A DNA stretch of 64,000 bases from an uncultured Thiomicrospira sp. (GCA_965195345.1 OZ239628.1:288001-352000), one strand, 5' to 3'. Positions 40,630 through 49,325 are shown, numbered from the stretch's first letter. Numbers and translations: made by a program. The notes: generated by a model not told the origin, from the letters alone.

Positions 40630-40694
40630 CTCCTTTGTTTGTGTTTCTTGACACATTTTGAAACGAAAGGCAGATTTTTATTTATTAAAATCAG

Positions 40695-40708
40695 TATAAT
40701 TCCCACGC
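40695..40708 (+). promoter_or_regulatory. Probable sigma70 -10 element and discriminator for the tRNA operon
   Basis: TATAAT at 40695-40700 followed by tcccacgc, 42 bp before tRNA-Tyr. No well-spaced -35 (TTGACA at 40648 is too far). Confidence 0.5.
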
Positions 40709-40742
40709 TTTGACTTTGTAGGAAGAATTAAAATATCTTCAA

Positions 40743-40827
40743 GGTGGGATTCCCGAGCGGCCAAAGGGGGCAGACTGTAAATCTGCTGGCACTGCCTTCG
40801 GAGGTTCGAATCCTCCTCCCACCACCA
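40743..40827 (+). tRNA. tRNA-Tyr(GTA)
   Basis: Acceptor GGTGGGA/TCCCACC, anticodon arm gcaga-ctGTAaa-tctgc, long variable arm, GTTCGAATC, encoded CCA. Confidence 0.98.
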
Positions 40828-40900
40828 TATCCATTAATTATTTAATGGCGAACTTGGTACGACTGAAAACCTACTGCTGAAGTCAATTAAAGCACACACT

Positions 40901-40975
<75 letters not shown>

Positions 40976-40978
40976 GCT

Positions 40979-41054
<76 letters not shown>

Positions 41055-41067
41055 TATCAAAACCAGT

Positions 41068-41105
41068 AAGAAAAAGGCTTTAGCCTTATTTCTTTAGTTT
41101 TTTTC
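41068..41105 (+). terminator. Possible intrinsic terminator after the tRNA operon
   Basis: Imperfect hairpin aagaaaaaggct-tt-agccttatttctt followed by a T-rich tract. Confidence 0.45.
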
Positions 41106-41141
41106 TGAATATCCTAATTTAAGCGACTAAACACATTTATT

Positions 41142-41486
41142 TTATGGAAGTTCCTTACTGAGCTCCCCTTCAATATTAATAGTGAACTCACGTACTTTAG
41201 CTCTAAGAGATAGCTTCCCGTCAGCCAGCTTGCCTCTAAATACTGCAGCATATTCATCAAGAAAAACCAATGATTCTACCGCCATACTGTGTTTTTTAAC
41301 ATTGACAAATGCAGAGAAATTTTCCCCGTCAATTTCATACTTCCCAGTATATAGAAAGTTTCCATCTCCTCCATATATTTGTTCTTTTTCTAAAAAACAA
41401 ACACCAGCACCGAATCGAACTTCAGTCCCTCCGCTTGCTGTTGCTGTAAAACGAACAACCCATAAACCCTCTACTGACGTTGACAT
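41142..41486 (-). CDS. GrlR-family-like small beta-barrel protein
   Basis: EGLWVVRF...FGAGV......IYGGD.NFLYTGKY resembles the GrlR family pattern. ATG at 41486 has an AGGAG Shine-Dalgarno, so it is preferred over the ORF-track start at 41519. Confidence 0.6.
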   Translation of the reverse strand: MSTSVEGLWVVRFTATASGGTEVRFGAGVCFLEKEQIYGGDGNFLYTGKYEIDGENFSAFVNVKKHSMAVESLVFLDEYAAVFRGKLADGKLSLRAKVREFTINIEGELSKELP

Positions 41487-41608
41487 GCTTTCTCCTTTTC
41501 TGTGTTCCGTAAAATTCAAAGAAATTATATCTCAAATTTGTAAAACAATAATTTTCCTTACTCCATCTTCCAACAACGCACAGTCGTCATACGATTATGC
41601 CATTTATC

Positions 41609-41856
41609 ATGTGCGCCGATTTTCAAATCATTGCCCACAAAAACCTCACAAAGGAGCAGAGGCGGTCTGCGATTTACTGGCGAAAGGATGGCGATTGCAT
41701 GGAAGCATCGCCTATGCTCAGCATCACGTGCCAGCGAGAAACCCAAAAGAGCCGGGCGGATAGGTCGAGGCTAATGAATCATGGGTATATGTGCAAGCTA
41801 TGAAATCACCTAAGGAGAAGGGCATGAAAAACATTAAAAAAAGCACTGATGCGTGA
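41609..41856 (+). pseudogene. Probable DUF1737-like pseudogene (frameshift plus in-frame TAG)
   Basis: MCADFQIIAHKNLTK, frameshift near 41650, then AEAVCDLLAKGWRLHGSIAYAQ, TAG at 41761, then WVYVQAMKS in the same frame. Together these give the L..GW.L.G...Y.QAM pattern. Confidence 0.5.
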
Positions 41857-42158
41857 GATAGCAATTGCACAAAAGATGAGTATTAAAAAGGGCTAAAGAC
41901 TTTAATCATAGTCAAATCAGGCGGGTTAAGTAGGAAGTTTTCTGACACGATGAAAAGAGCTACACAACGCATAGAGACTTATATGAATATCTATTATTGT
42001 AAAAAATGGACAAGTGGCGGGCGTGATATTCAACTTGAAAAACAACTTTAATTGGCAGGACAAAACAGCGATAGAAACGAATTCCCAAGATTATGACCCT
42101 GTTAGAATATATTTGCCCGATAATAACAGAGACCCCCAATTAACGCAAAGGCTAATTA

Positions 42159-42563
42159 ATGAGCGATAAAGAAAAAATCAACACTTTTCATTCCTTAGCA
42201 AAAGATGCTGGAAACAAACTAAGGGCATACATACTTGCCGTTTCATCAGGTTCTGTTGGGGTTTTTTTTCTAACCTTGATGAACACAAAAGGTCACAATA
42301 TAGATAGCTTTGAAAAGTGGCTCCTCACCTGCGGATTAGTGAGTTTTGTGGCAGTGGTGTGTGTTTCTTTGTATGAGCTCAGAAAAGATAGTAACCGCTT
42401 TTACCGCTTAGCTAAGATTCTTGAAAAACCAGAAAATGAACAAAGTTGGGAGGACAACAAAAAGAGAAAATCAAATCGTTTATGCTTAATCAATACTTCC
42501 TACCTCTTTTTTGGATTAGGCATTATACTTACCATCATTTTATTGATTTATAGAGTTTGGTGA
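42159..42563 (+). CDS. Hypothetical membrane protein (about 3 TM segments)
   Basis: 134-aa ORF with three hydrophobic stretches; no recognisable family. Confidence 0.7.
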   Translation: MSDKEKINTFHSLAKDAGNKLRAYILAVSSGSVGVFFLTLMNTKGHNIDSFEKWLLTCGLVSFVAVVCVSLYELRKDSNRFYRLAKILEKPENEQSWEDNKKRKSNRLCLINTSYLFFGLGIILTIILLIYRVW

Positions 42564-42684
42564 GCTTTATCACTCCTTCCAATGAGAGTGAAGTCGTCTC
42601 AACGTTACCTAACTAAATTTTAAAGGGGTATATTGATAATTTTCCAATAATAAGTCCAGCATTAAAGGGAATAAATGCCACATA

Positions 42685-42732
42685 TTCAAATCCCGTCATG
42701 TCCATATCAAAACCAGTAAGTAAAAGGCTTTA
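42685..42732 (+). repeat. attR-like direct repeat of 41032-41082 (tRNA-Thr 3' end plus trailer)
   Basis: ttcaaatcccgtcatg---tccatatcaaaaccagtaagtaaaaggcttta versus ttcgactcccgtcatgagctccatatcaaaaccagtaagaaaaaggcttta: a 3-bp deletion and 3 mismatches. Confidence 0.9.
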
Positions 42733-42843
42733 TTCGTATTTATTTTAGTGTCATTTGTAAAACGGCTGTATTAAATTAACCAAGAACGTATCGAATTGTA
42801 TTGGTGGGTGGTATGTCGAAATTATGCGGGTTTAGCGCACAAG

Positions 42844-43776
42844 CTATATTGTGTCATAAAGATTATTTGCACCCGCTAATAAAGCTAACAGGCGATCAAA
42901 ACCCAAAGCCACGCCTGTGGTTGCAGGTAATGGGTTAATCTTTAATTGTTCGAGTAATTCGGTGTCCATTGGTATGGATGGTTTATTTTGACTTTGCCTA
43001 AGTTTATTGTCTGCTTGCATGCGTTCAGTGTATTCTTCAGCAAAACGCAATTCTTCATAGCCATGAGCTACTTCAATACCATTGAGGTAGCACTCAAAAC
43101 GCTTGGCTATGGGTGGGGAGTCGCTAGCATCACAAGTTTCAATTTTAGCCATCACAGCAGAATGTTTGGGAAAGTCGTATAAAAAGAAAACCTCGAAATC
43201 CGATAAATGCGGTTCGATGATATGCGTCAGAATTAATTGCTGCCACAGTACTAAATCATTTGGTTCAACGCCTTCCACAGGTGTCCCATTAAGGTCAAAA
43301 TAACGTTGCTTGAGTTGTTGAGCTGAAGCGGTGAATGGATCAATCTGTGCCCAAAATGAAAACGCATCGCGATAGCTCATAAAACGTGGTTTTATTGATT
43401 TTTCCCCACAGTGTTCGATTAAAGCGTGTACTTCGCTCATTAATGCATGAATATCGAAGTCCAAGCGATACCATTCTACTAAAGTGAATTCGTGGCGATG
43501 CCAACGTGCGGTAGGGTCGTCACGAAATGCTTTGCATATTTGATAAATTGACTGTTCAGGGTGCTTTGACAACAGTATTTTCATGGCATTTTCTGGCGAG
43601 GTTTGCAACCATCGTTGTTGATCGCTAAAAACGCACTTGATGCTTTCAATGTGAACGTCTGTTGTAGTGGAATTGCGTAGTAATGGCGTGCTTACTTCAA
43701 TAACGTTCTTGGATGAAAAAAAAGAACGAATTTTGGCTAAAAGGTTTGCTTTTCGGACTAAGGCGCATCCATTCAT
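42844..43776 (-). CDS. epmA: EF-P lysine aminoacylase EpmA (GenX/PoxA)
   Basis: LysRS catalytic domain only, 310 aa: IRSFF...EVSTP, WLQTSPE.AMK.LL, IYQICKAFR, EFTLVEWYR, RFE.Y.NG.E, GVALGFDRL. Confidence 0.9.
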   Translation of the reverse strand: MNGCALVRKANLLAKIRSFFSSKNVIEVSTPLLRNSTTTDVHIESIKCVFSDQQRWLQTSPENAMKILLSKHPEQSIYQICKAFRDDPTARWHRHEFTLVEWYRLDFDIHALMSEVHALIEHCGEKSIKPRFMSYRDAFSFWAQIDPFTASAQQLKQRYFDLNGTPVEGVEPNDLVLWQQLILTHIIEPHLSDFEVFFLYDFPKHSAVMAKIETCDASDSPPIAKRFECYLNGIEVAHGYEELRFAEEYTERMQADNKLRQSQNKPSIPMDTELLEQLKINPLPATTGVALGFDRLLALLAGANNLYDTI

Positions 43777-44435
43777 TTGCTAAAGTTATTTGTCCAGTTT
43801 GTTTGAAGAGAGATGATTAAATTATCCTCGCTGTTTAGGAAACGATGAACAAAATCCAATCCTAAAACGATACCAGAAAAGCTTTGTGCTATTGTTACTT
43901 GATAGTATTCACTACTTCCTGTGAGCGCTCCTTGTACTTGAAAGTTATCGGGCTCGTACAAGCCGAACTTTAGTGCATAGTTGGTATCAGAAGAGAGAAG
44001 TCCTTTATAGCTTAAAGAATAAGCATTACCCGCCGATCCAATGCCATACACAGTGTCTATTTCGACATTGGCTTGGCTTGCGGAAAAGAAGATTTCTTGA
44101 AAATCTTCGCGCTCCTCAAATTGGTACTGTTGAGTAATTACTTGTACTTTACTGTCACCGATTGTAGCTGAAAAGCCCGCTTTAATACGCAGCTCAAGAT
44201 CATTGGACAAGGTGTTTGCCTCAATACCTAATAAATAACCACTGTCGCTGGTAAAATTAACTTTAGAGCGAATAGAAGTGCGTTCAACAGGATTGTTTTG
44301 TTCGTCAAAGAGTTGACGAACACCTCGAAAGACGTAATTATTGGCAAATCGAACTTCACTCGAAACGCTTTCAGCCCTTGCATTAAGTGGCAAGATTAAA
44401 AATATAAATATGTATATATAGGTTAGTAGTTTCAT
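43773..44435 (-). CDS. TorF-family-like putative outer-membrane beta-barrel/porin
   Basis: Signal peptide MKLLTYIYIFIFLILPLNARA, then VSSEVRFANNYVFRGVRQ (compare the family start S.Y.FRG.SQ) and amphipathic strands. Start set at the second Met (44435). Overlaps epmA by 4 bp. Confidence 0.65.
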   Translation of the reverse strand: MKLLTYIYIFIFLILPLNARAESVSSEVRFANNYVFRGVRQLFDEQNNPVERTSIRSKVNFTSDSGYLLGIEANTLSNDLELRIKAGFSATIGDSKVQVITQQYQFEEREDFQEIFFSASQANVEIDTVYGIGSAGNAYSLSYKGLLSSDTNYALKFGLYEPDNFQVQGALTGSSEYYQVTIAQSFSGIVLGLDFVHRFLNSEDNLIISLQTNWTNNFSK

Positions 44436-45228
44436 GGAAGTTTGGCAATCGATTGTACTTGCATTTATCCAAGGCATAACTGAATTCCTTCCAGTATCCA
44501 GTTCCGCTCATCTTATTCTTGTTCCAATCATAACGCAATGGCAGGATCAGGGATTAGCGTTTGATGTAGCTGTCCATTTTGGCACGCTGATAGCAGTTTT
44601 GCATTATTTTCGTCAACAAATACGACAATTGATCGTTGCTTGGTTTGGAAATTTCACTGACCTGACAAATCAGGATGTTCGCATCAGTTGGAGTATTATC
44701 ATTTCAACATTGCCAGTGGTTATTGTTGGAGCGTTATTTAATGATTGGATTGAAGCGCAATTGCGTTCTCCAGAAGTCATTGCATGGTCAACAATTGTTT
44801 TTGGAGTATTACTTGCTGTGTCAACGCTTGGGAAGAAAACGCGAGGCTTGGCTGAAATAACATTGCTAACGGCTCTTATTATTGGATTGTTTCAAGTAGT
44901 AGCTTTAATTCCTGGAACGTCAAGGTCTGGAATAACGATTACCGCCGCTTTATTTTTAGGATGGCGGATGACAGACGCTGCACGGTATTCTTTTTTGTTG
45001 TCCATTCCAGTTATTTTAGGGGCAACGTTGCTGCAATTTTTAAAGCTGATGGAGTCTCCCATAGCAACTCATTGGTTTGATATGGGGGTTGCTGTTTTAG
45101 TTGCTGCTGTAAGTGCATGGTTTTGCATGGATTTTTTCTTGCGCATTGTGGAGCGAATAGGAATGATGCCATTTGTGTTATATCGACTTTTGTTGGGAGG
45201 AGGGCTGCTGTTTTATTTTGGTATGTGA
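44434..45228 (+). CDS. uppP: Undecaprenyl-diphosphate phosphatase
   Basis: QGITEFLPVSSSAHL and ALIPGTSRSGIT BacA motifs; multi-TM. Confidence 0.97.
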   Translation: MEVWQSIVLAFIQGITEFLPVSSSAHLILVPIITQWQDQGLAFDVAVHFGTLIAVLHYFRQQIRQLIVAWFGNFTDLTNQDVRISWSIIISTLPVVIVGALFNDWIEAQLRSPEVIAWSTIVFGVLLAVSTLGKKTRGLAEITLLTALIIGLFQVVALIPGTSRSGITITAALFLGWRMTDAARYSFLLSIPVILGATLLQFLKLMESPIATHWFDMGVAVLVAAVSAWFCMDFFLRIVERIGMMPFVLYRLLLGGGLLFYFGM

Positions 45229-45282
45229 TGTCCTATTGATTTGATGTTATCTGTCCTTGATTGATGATCAATAATAGCAAAA

Positions 45283-46785
45283 ATGCTTGCACTCACTCAT
45301 ACCCGTATCATGGGAACTATCGAAGCCACTGAGGTTACTGTTGAGGTACACAGTGCCAATGGTATGCCTTTATTTAACTTAGTGGGTCTGGCTGAAACAT
45401 CTGTGAAGGAAAGTCGCGATAGGGTACGTGGGGCAATCATTAATAGCGGATTTGAATTTCCTTGGAAGCGTTTGGTAGTGAATTTATCGCCCGCAGACAT
45501 TCCTAAGTCAGGCAGCGGTTATGATCTTCCTATTGCTATTGGCTTACTGATGGTTAGTGGACAGATAAACACGCTTGATAGTGCTATTTATGAGTTTTAT
45601 GGCGAGTTAACGCTATCAGGTGAGTTGCGTCCTGTACAGGGGTTATTGCCGGCACTGCTTCAGCAGAGAGATAATAAAAAAATCCGCATAATCCCCGATG
45701 GCAATGTTTCTGAAGCCGCCATGGTCGGCGATAACAACATATTGAGTGCGCGTTCTTTACAGTGCATTGTTATGCATTTCAACGGAGGTAAGCCTTTAGA
45801 GAAAGTGGAACCAGCGAATGCACAGGCAACTGAGGAAGGCATTGATTGGAGTGATGTTCGAGGTCAAACGCGAACTAAGAATGCTCTTTTGGTCGTTGCT
45901 GCTGGAGGACATTCCGCTTTAATGGTAGGACCCCCGGGGTGCGGAAAAAGCATGATGGCAAAGGCTTTTAGTGGGATTTTGCCGGACCTTAGTCGAGAAC
46001 AGAAATTGCAAAGTGCTGCGATTTACTCTGTCGCTGGGTTGTCTCCAAATTTTGATAAGGGTTTTAGACCACCCATACGCAGACCGCATCATAGCTGCTC
46101 AGATATTGCGATTATAGGAGGAGGCACTAAAGCAAAACCAGGGGAAGTATCTTTGGCGCATAACGGCGTGCTTTTTTTAGATGAATTGCTTGAGTTTTCA
46201 CGTAATGTATTGGAGGGGTTACGTGAGCCATTAGAGGAAGGAGAAGTACATATAACAAGAGCCCAAGCGCGCGCAGTGTATCCATCAAGGTTTCAATTGA
46301 TAGGTGCAATGAATCCATGCCCTTGTGGTTTTCTTGGTGAAGCGCGCTGTCGTTGCAATCCTGATGCAGTAAGACGTTATAGAAACAAGTTATCTGGTCC
46401 ATTTCTTGACCGTATTGATTTGCACATAACAGTCACTCCAGTTAGTCATAATCGCTTGATTAATAAGGATATTGAGTGCGAGAATTCAAGTTATTGGCGT
46501 GAAAGAATAGCCGCTTGCCAAGGTAAGCAAAAAGAGCGTCAAGGTAAACTTAATGCACGGCTGCACTTTAAAGAGGTTGAACAAATAATTCGGATTGATG
46601 AGAAAACGAAGAGTCAATTGTTTGAGACGATAAATCATCTAAAAATGTCAGCAAGAAGTTATCATCGTGTACTTAAGTTATTGCTTACGTTGAGTGATTG
46701 GCATGAGCAGGATATAAACGATGTGTTGATTGCACAGGCAATTTCTTTGCGATCTTTAGACCGTGCGAACTCTCAAAGCATGTAA
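45283..46785 (+). CDS. comM: YifB/ComM Mg-chelatase-like AAA+ ATPase
   Basis: VGLAETSVKESRDRVR, VNLSPADIPK, GPPGCGKS, PGEVSLAHNGVLFLDE, AMNPCPCG. Confidence 0.95.
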   Translation: MLALTHTRIMGTIEATEVTVEVHSANGMPLFNLVGLAETSVKESRDRVRGAIINSGFEFPWKRLVVNLSPADIPKSGSGYDLPIAIGLLMVSGQINTLDSAIYEFYGELTLSGELRPVQGLLPALLQQRDNKKIRIIPDGNVSEAAMVGDNNILSARSLQCIVMHFNGGKPLEKVEPANAQATEEGIDWSDVRGQTRTKNALLVVAAGGHSALMVGPPGCGKSMMAKAFSGILPDLSREQKLQSAAIYSVAGLSPNFDKGFRPPIRRPHHSCSDIAIIGGGTKAKPGEVSLAHNGVLFLDELLEFSRNVLEGLREPLEEGEVHITRAQARAVYPSRFQLIGAMNPCPCGFLGEARCRCNPDAVRRYRNKLSGPFLDRIDLHITVTPVSHNRLINKDIECENSSYWRERIAACQGKQKERQGKLNARLHFKEVEQIIRIDEKTKSQLFETINHLKMSARSYHRVLKLLLTLSDWHEQDINDVLIAQAISLRSLDRANSQSM

Positions 46786-46838
46786 ATACTAAGTAATCGC
46801 TTTAATGAGCAGGGTTTGAGTAACGTTATAATGCACGG

Positions 46839-49325
46839 ATGCAACAAGTTATCTCGCTAAGCGTCCTATTTCTATTAGTTTTTCTATCGGGATGTTCAGC
46901 TCCCCTGCATTCGCCATCTAGCAGTGAAGGAGGACAGGAAGCGGAAATAAAAGAAGTGCCAAAAACACTTGATACAGAAATAACGAAAAAAAAGAAATCT
47001 GAAGAAAAAGCATTCTTAGGAATAGCTCATAGAGTGGTTGATCTCAGCACAAACGAACATGCTACTGAGAAAACGGCTTACCAAATAACATTCATTATTC
47101 CCGATTCAGCGGCTCAACGTGCAGGGCTCCTAAAAGATGATTTTATTTTACGTTACGACGATATATCGCTCGATTCGATTACAACATCGGTACGCCAATC
47201 TGCTTTGCGCAATTACTTATTTGAACATAAGTCGGTGGGTGAGCATATAGACCTAAAAATAATGCGTTATGAATCTTTGGTATCAGAGAATCAGGGGCAG
47301 CCTACCTCAATAGGATTGTTTGATTGGGAAGCGTTTAAGAACCATGGTGGAAAGAAGGCATCTCAAAAGATTGAAATTCAACACGATATCAAAATTTTCA
47401 ATACAACAGCAGTTTTAGGTCAAAGGGTTAACCGTGAATTGGATTCTTTGCCAGTGCCTGAAGAGGTGCTGCCGCAGTATGCCAATTTATCAACGGGTGT
47501 TCTTCATTTCGTTAACACGGTTATTGAAGAACAAGGTTTGCAGGATCAATGGGAAGATTTTAAATTACGCCACGCACGGGATGAACTTTGGCAAGGCCTT
47601 GAAGACGGTATGTGTCGATACGATCATTTTCAATACATGCGTTTGCGCCCGCTTAAATCTTTTTATGTGGCGCGTGCGATGGCGCAAGAAGCTCGTGAAA
47701 AAGCAAATCCAATTGAATTGATGCAAACATGGCTTATTAATCACACGGATGATCAGCAAGACGGCGAAATGAGCAAGTTGTCTAAGCTATCACCTTGGCA
47801 AGCAAATATAACGATAGATGATTGGATGGAATGGTTGACTCAATCGGCTAACATTATCGGTAAGACACGCAATGATGCTTTTTCGGCACTATCCCAAGCA
47901 GAACAAAGAGAGTTGAGTGCTTTAATCGACGGTGTGATGAAGCGATTTGGAGAAAGCTTTTATATCAATTATGTCGAAAGCGGTGAAAGACCGGTCGATC
48001 AGATGAATCGCCGTTTTTTTGAGTTAGCTTTAAAAGTTGATCTTCAACAGCTATATCAAGCGGGCGTTCTGATGACCCAGCTGTATGATAAGGAAATGCT
48101 ACAAGCTATAAAAGCGGTTGTTGAGGATTCAAGCCAGAGTGTATACACAGCAGAAAGTACTTTTGGGCGAATCATTGTGGCGGGTTCCGAAAATAATCAG
48201 CATCGCCATCCTGCTGCTATATTGATAGATACAGGAGGAGATGAGCAATATTTAGGGGCAAATCAAGGAGGGGAGCAAGCGGTTGCAATAACTATTGATA
48301 TGTCTGGTAATGACCGCTATTGGGCAACGAGGGCATACTCGCTTGGGGGCGCAAAAATGGCGGTTTCGGCTGTCATTGATTTAGGAGGTAATGACAGCTA
48401 TATTGGGAGAGAGTTTTCTCAAGCTGCGAGCGTGCTTGGCGTAGGTATGTTAATTGACGAATCTGGTGATGATCGCTATTTGGCACGACGGTATGGGCAA
48501 GGAACAGCATTTATGGGTATTGCCGTTTTGAAAGATTTTGAAGGGGATGATGAGTACCATGCTGATACATACTCGCAAGGTTTAGGTGGGGTTTGTGCTG
48601 TTGGATTTTTGCATGATTTAGAGGGAGATGATCGTTATATTGCAGGGCTTGAAAAACCCTCTTCTTATGGCACGTCAGGACACTTTCAAGGCGCCTCACA
48701 AGGTGTGGGTATAGGATTTAGAGGCTATTCGAGAGGAGGATATGGCCTGTTGGTTGATGAGTCAGGAGATGATTCATATGAAGTGGGTAATTTTGGAATG
48801 GGAACAGGCTATTTTTTTGGACTTGGCATGTTAGTAGATAATGAGGGTGATGATATCTATAATTCTGCGCGCTATGGGCTGGCAGCTTCGGCGCACTCTG
48901 CTGTTGGTGTAGTGATTGAAGGTGGAGGTGATGATGAATATTTAGGAAACCATATTGCCGCAAATGGGGCAGCATGGGATTTGAGCTTCAGCTTTTTTTA
49001 TGAAGGGGGTGGGGATGATAAGTATGGGGTGTACCAATATGGTTTTAGTAAAGGCGCTGCGGCGCATAATGGGTTTGCAGTGATGTTTGACGAACATGGA
49101 GATGATGAATATTTTCTTGATTCGGAAAAAGTTACTCTAAATGACTATCATGGGGGCGATAGTTTTGCATTTCGATTTGACTTTAACGGTGATGACAAGT
49201 ACTTGAATGAGGGGGGGAATGATCGGTTTTCCGCAAGTGGGCAGTATCGATTTTCAATAGATTGGCATACGCGCTTTTCTACGGATCGTGCCTTTAGTAA
49301 TTGGCTTGGTACAAACGAACGTTGA
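46839..49325 (+). CDS. Lipoprotein with PDZ-like domain and 12 D-x-x-G-D-D-x-Y repeats, function unknown
   Basis: Lipobox LSGC (Cys19); PDZ-like IIPDSAAQRAGLLKDDFILRYDD; Gly/Asp-rich C-terminal repeats. Confidence 0.8.
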   Translation: MQQVISLSVLFLLVFLSGCSAPLHSPSSSEGGQEAEIKEVPKTLDTEITKKKKSEEKAFLGIAHRVVDLSTNEHATEKTAYQITFIIPDSAAQRAGLLKDDFILRYDDISLDSITTSVRQSALRNYLFEHKSVGEHIDLKIMRYESLVSENQGQPTSIGLFDWEAFKNHGGKKASQKIEIQHDIKIFNTTAVLGQRVNRELDSLPVPEEVLPQYANLSTGVLHFVNTVIEEQGLQDQWEDFKLRHARDELWQGLEDGMCRYDHFQYMRLRPLKSFYVARAMAQEAREKANPIELMQTWLINHTDDQQDGEMSKLSKLSPWQANITIDDWMEWLTQSANIIGKTRNDAFSALSQAEQRELSALIDGVMKRFGESFYINYVESGERPVDQMNRRFFELALKVDLQQLYQAGVLMTQLYDKEMLQAIKAVVEDSSQSVYTAESTFGRIIVAGSENNQHRHPAAILIDTGGDEQYLGANQGGEQAVAITIDMSGNDRYWATRAYSLGGAKMAVSAVIDLGGNDSYIGREFSQAASVLGVGMLIDESGDDRYLARRYGQGTAFMGIAVLKDFEGDDEYHADTYSQGLGGVCAVGFLHDLEGDDRYIAGLEKPSSYGTSGHFQGASQGVGIGFRGYSRGGYGLLVDESGDDSYEVGNFGMGTGYFFGLGMLVDNEGDDIYNSARYGLAASAHSAVGVVIEGGGDDEYLGNHIAANGAAWDLSFSFFYEGGGDDKYGVYQYGFSKGAAAHNGFAVMFDEHGDDEYFLDSEKVTLNDYHGGDSFAFRFDFNGDDKYLNEGGNDRFSASGQYRFSIDWHTRFSTDRAFSNWLGTNER

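Noticed and set aside
40492-40512. GGT/GGC run as a phase-variable simple repeat
   Set aside because: Trinucleotide, mixed codons, encoding the poly-Gly linker; slippage would not shift the frame.
38206-40629. RTX / type I secretion C-terminus
   Set aside because: The acidic repeats are DxDGDG (TSP3-like), not GGxGxDxL, and the protein ends in a TM helix plus basic tail.
41182-41803. ORF-track calls 41182-41763 (+), 41597-41803 (+) and 41558-41746 (-) as genes
   Set aside because: Mostly antisense to the GrlR-like gene or partial frames of the DUF1737-like pseudogene.
44436-44477. Upstream start (44477) for the porin-like gene
   Set aside because: It adds 14 polar residues ahead of a clean signal peptide and overlaps conserved uppP codons.
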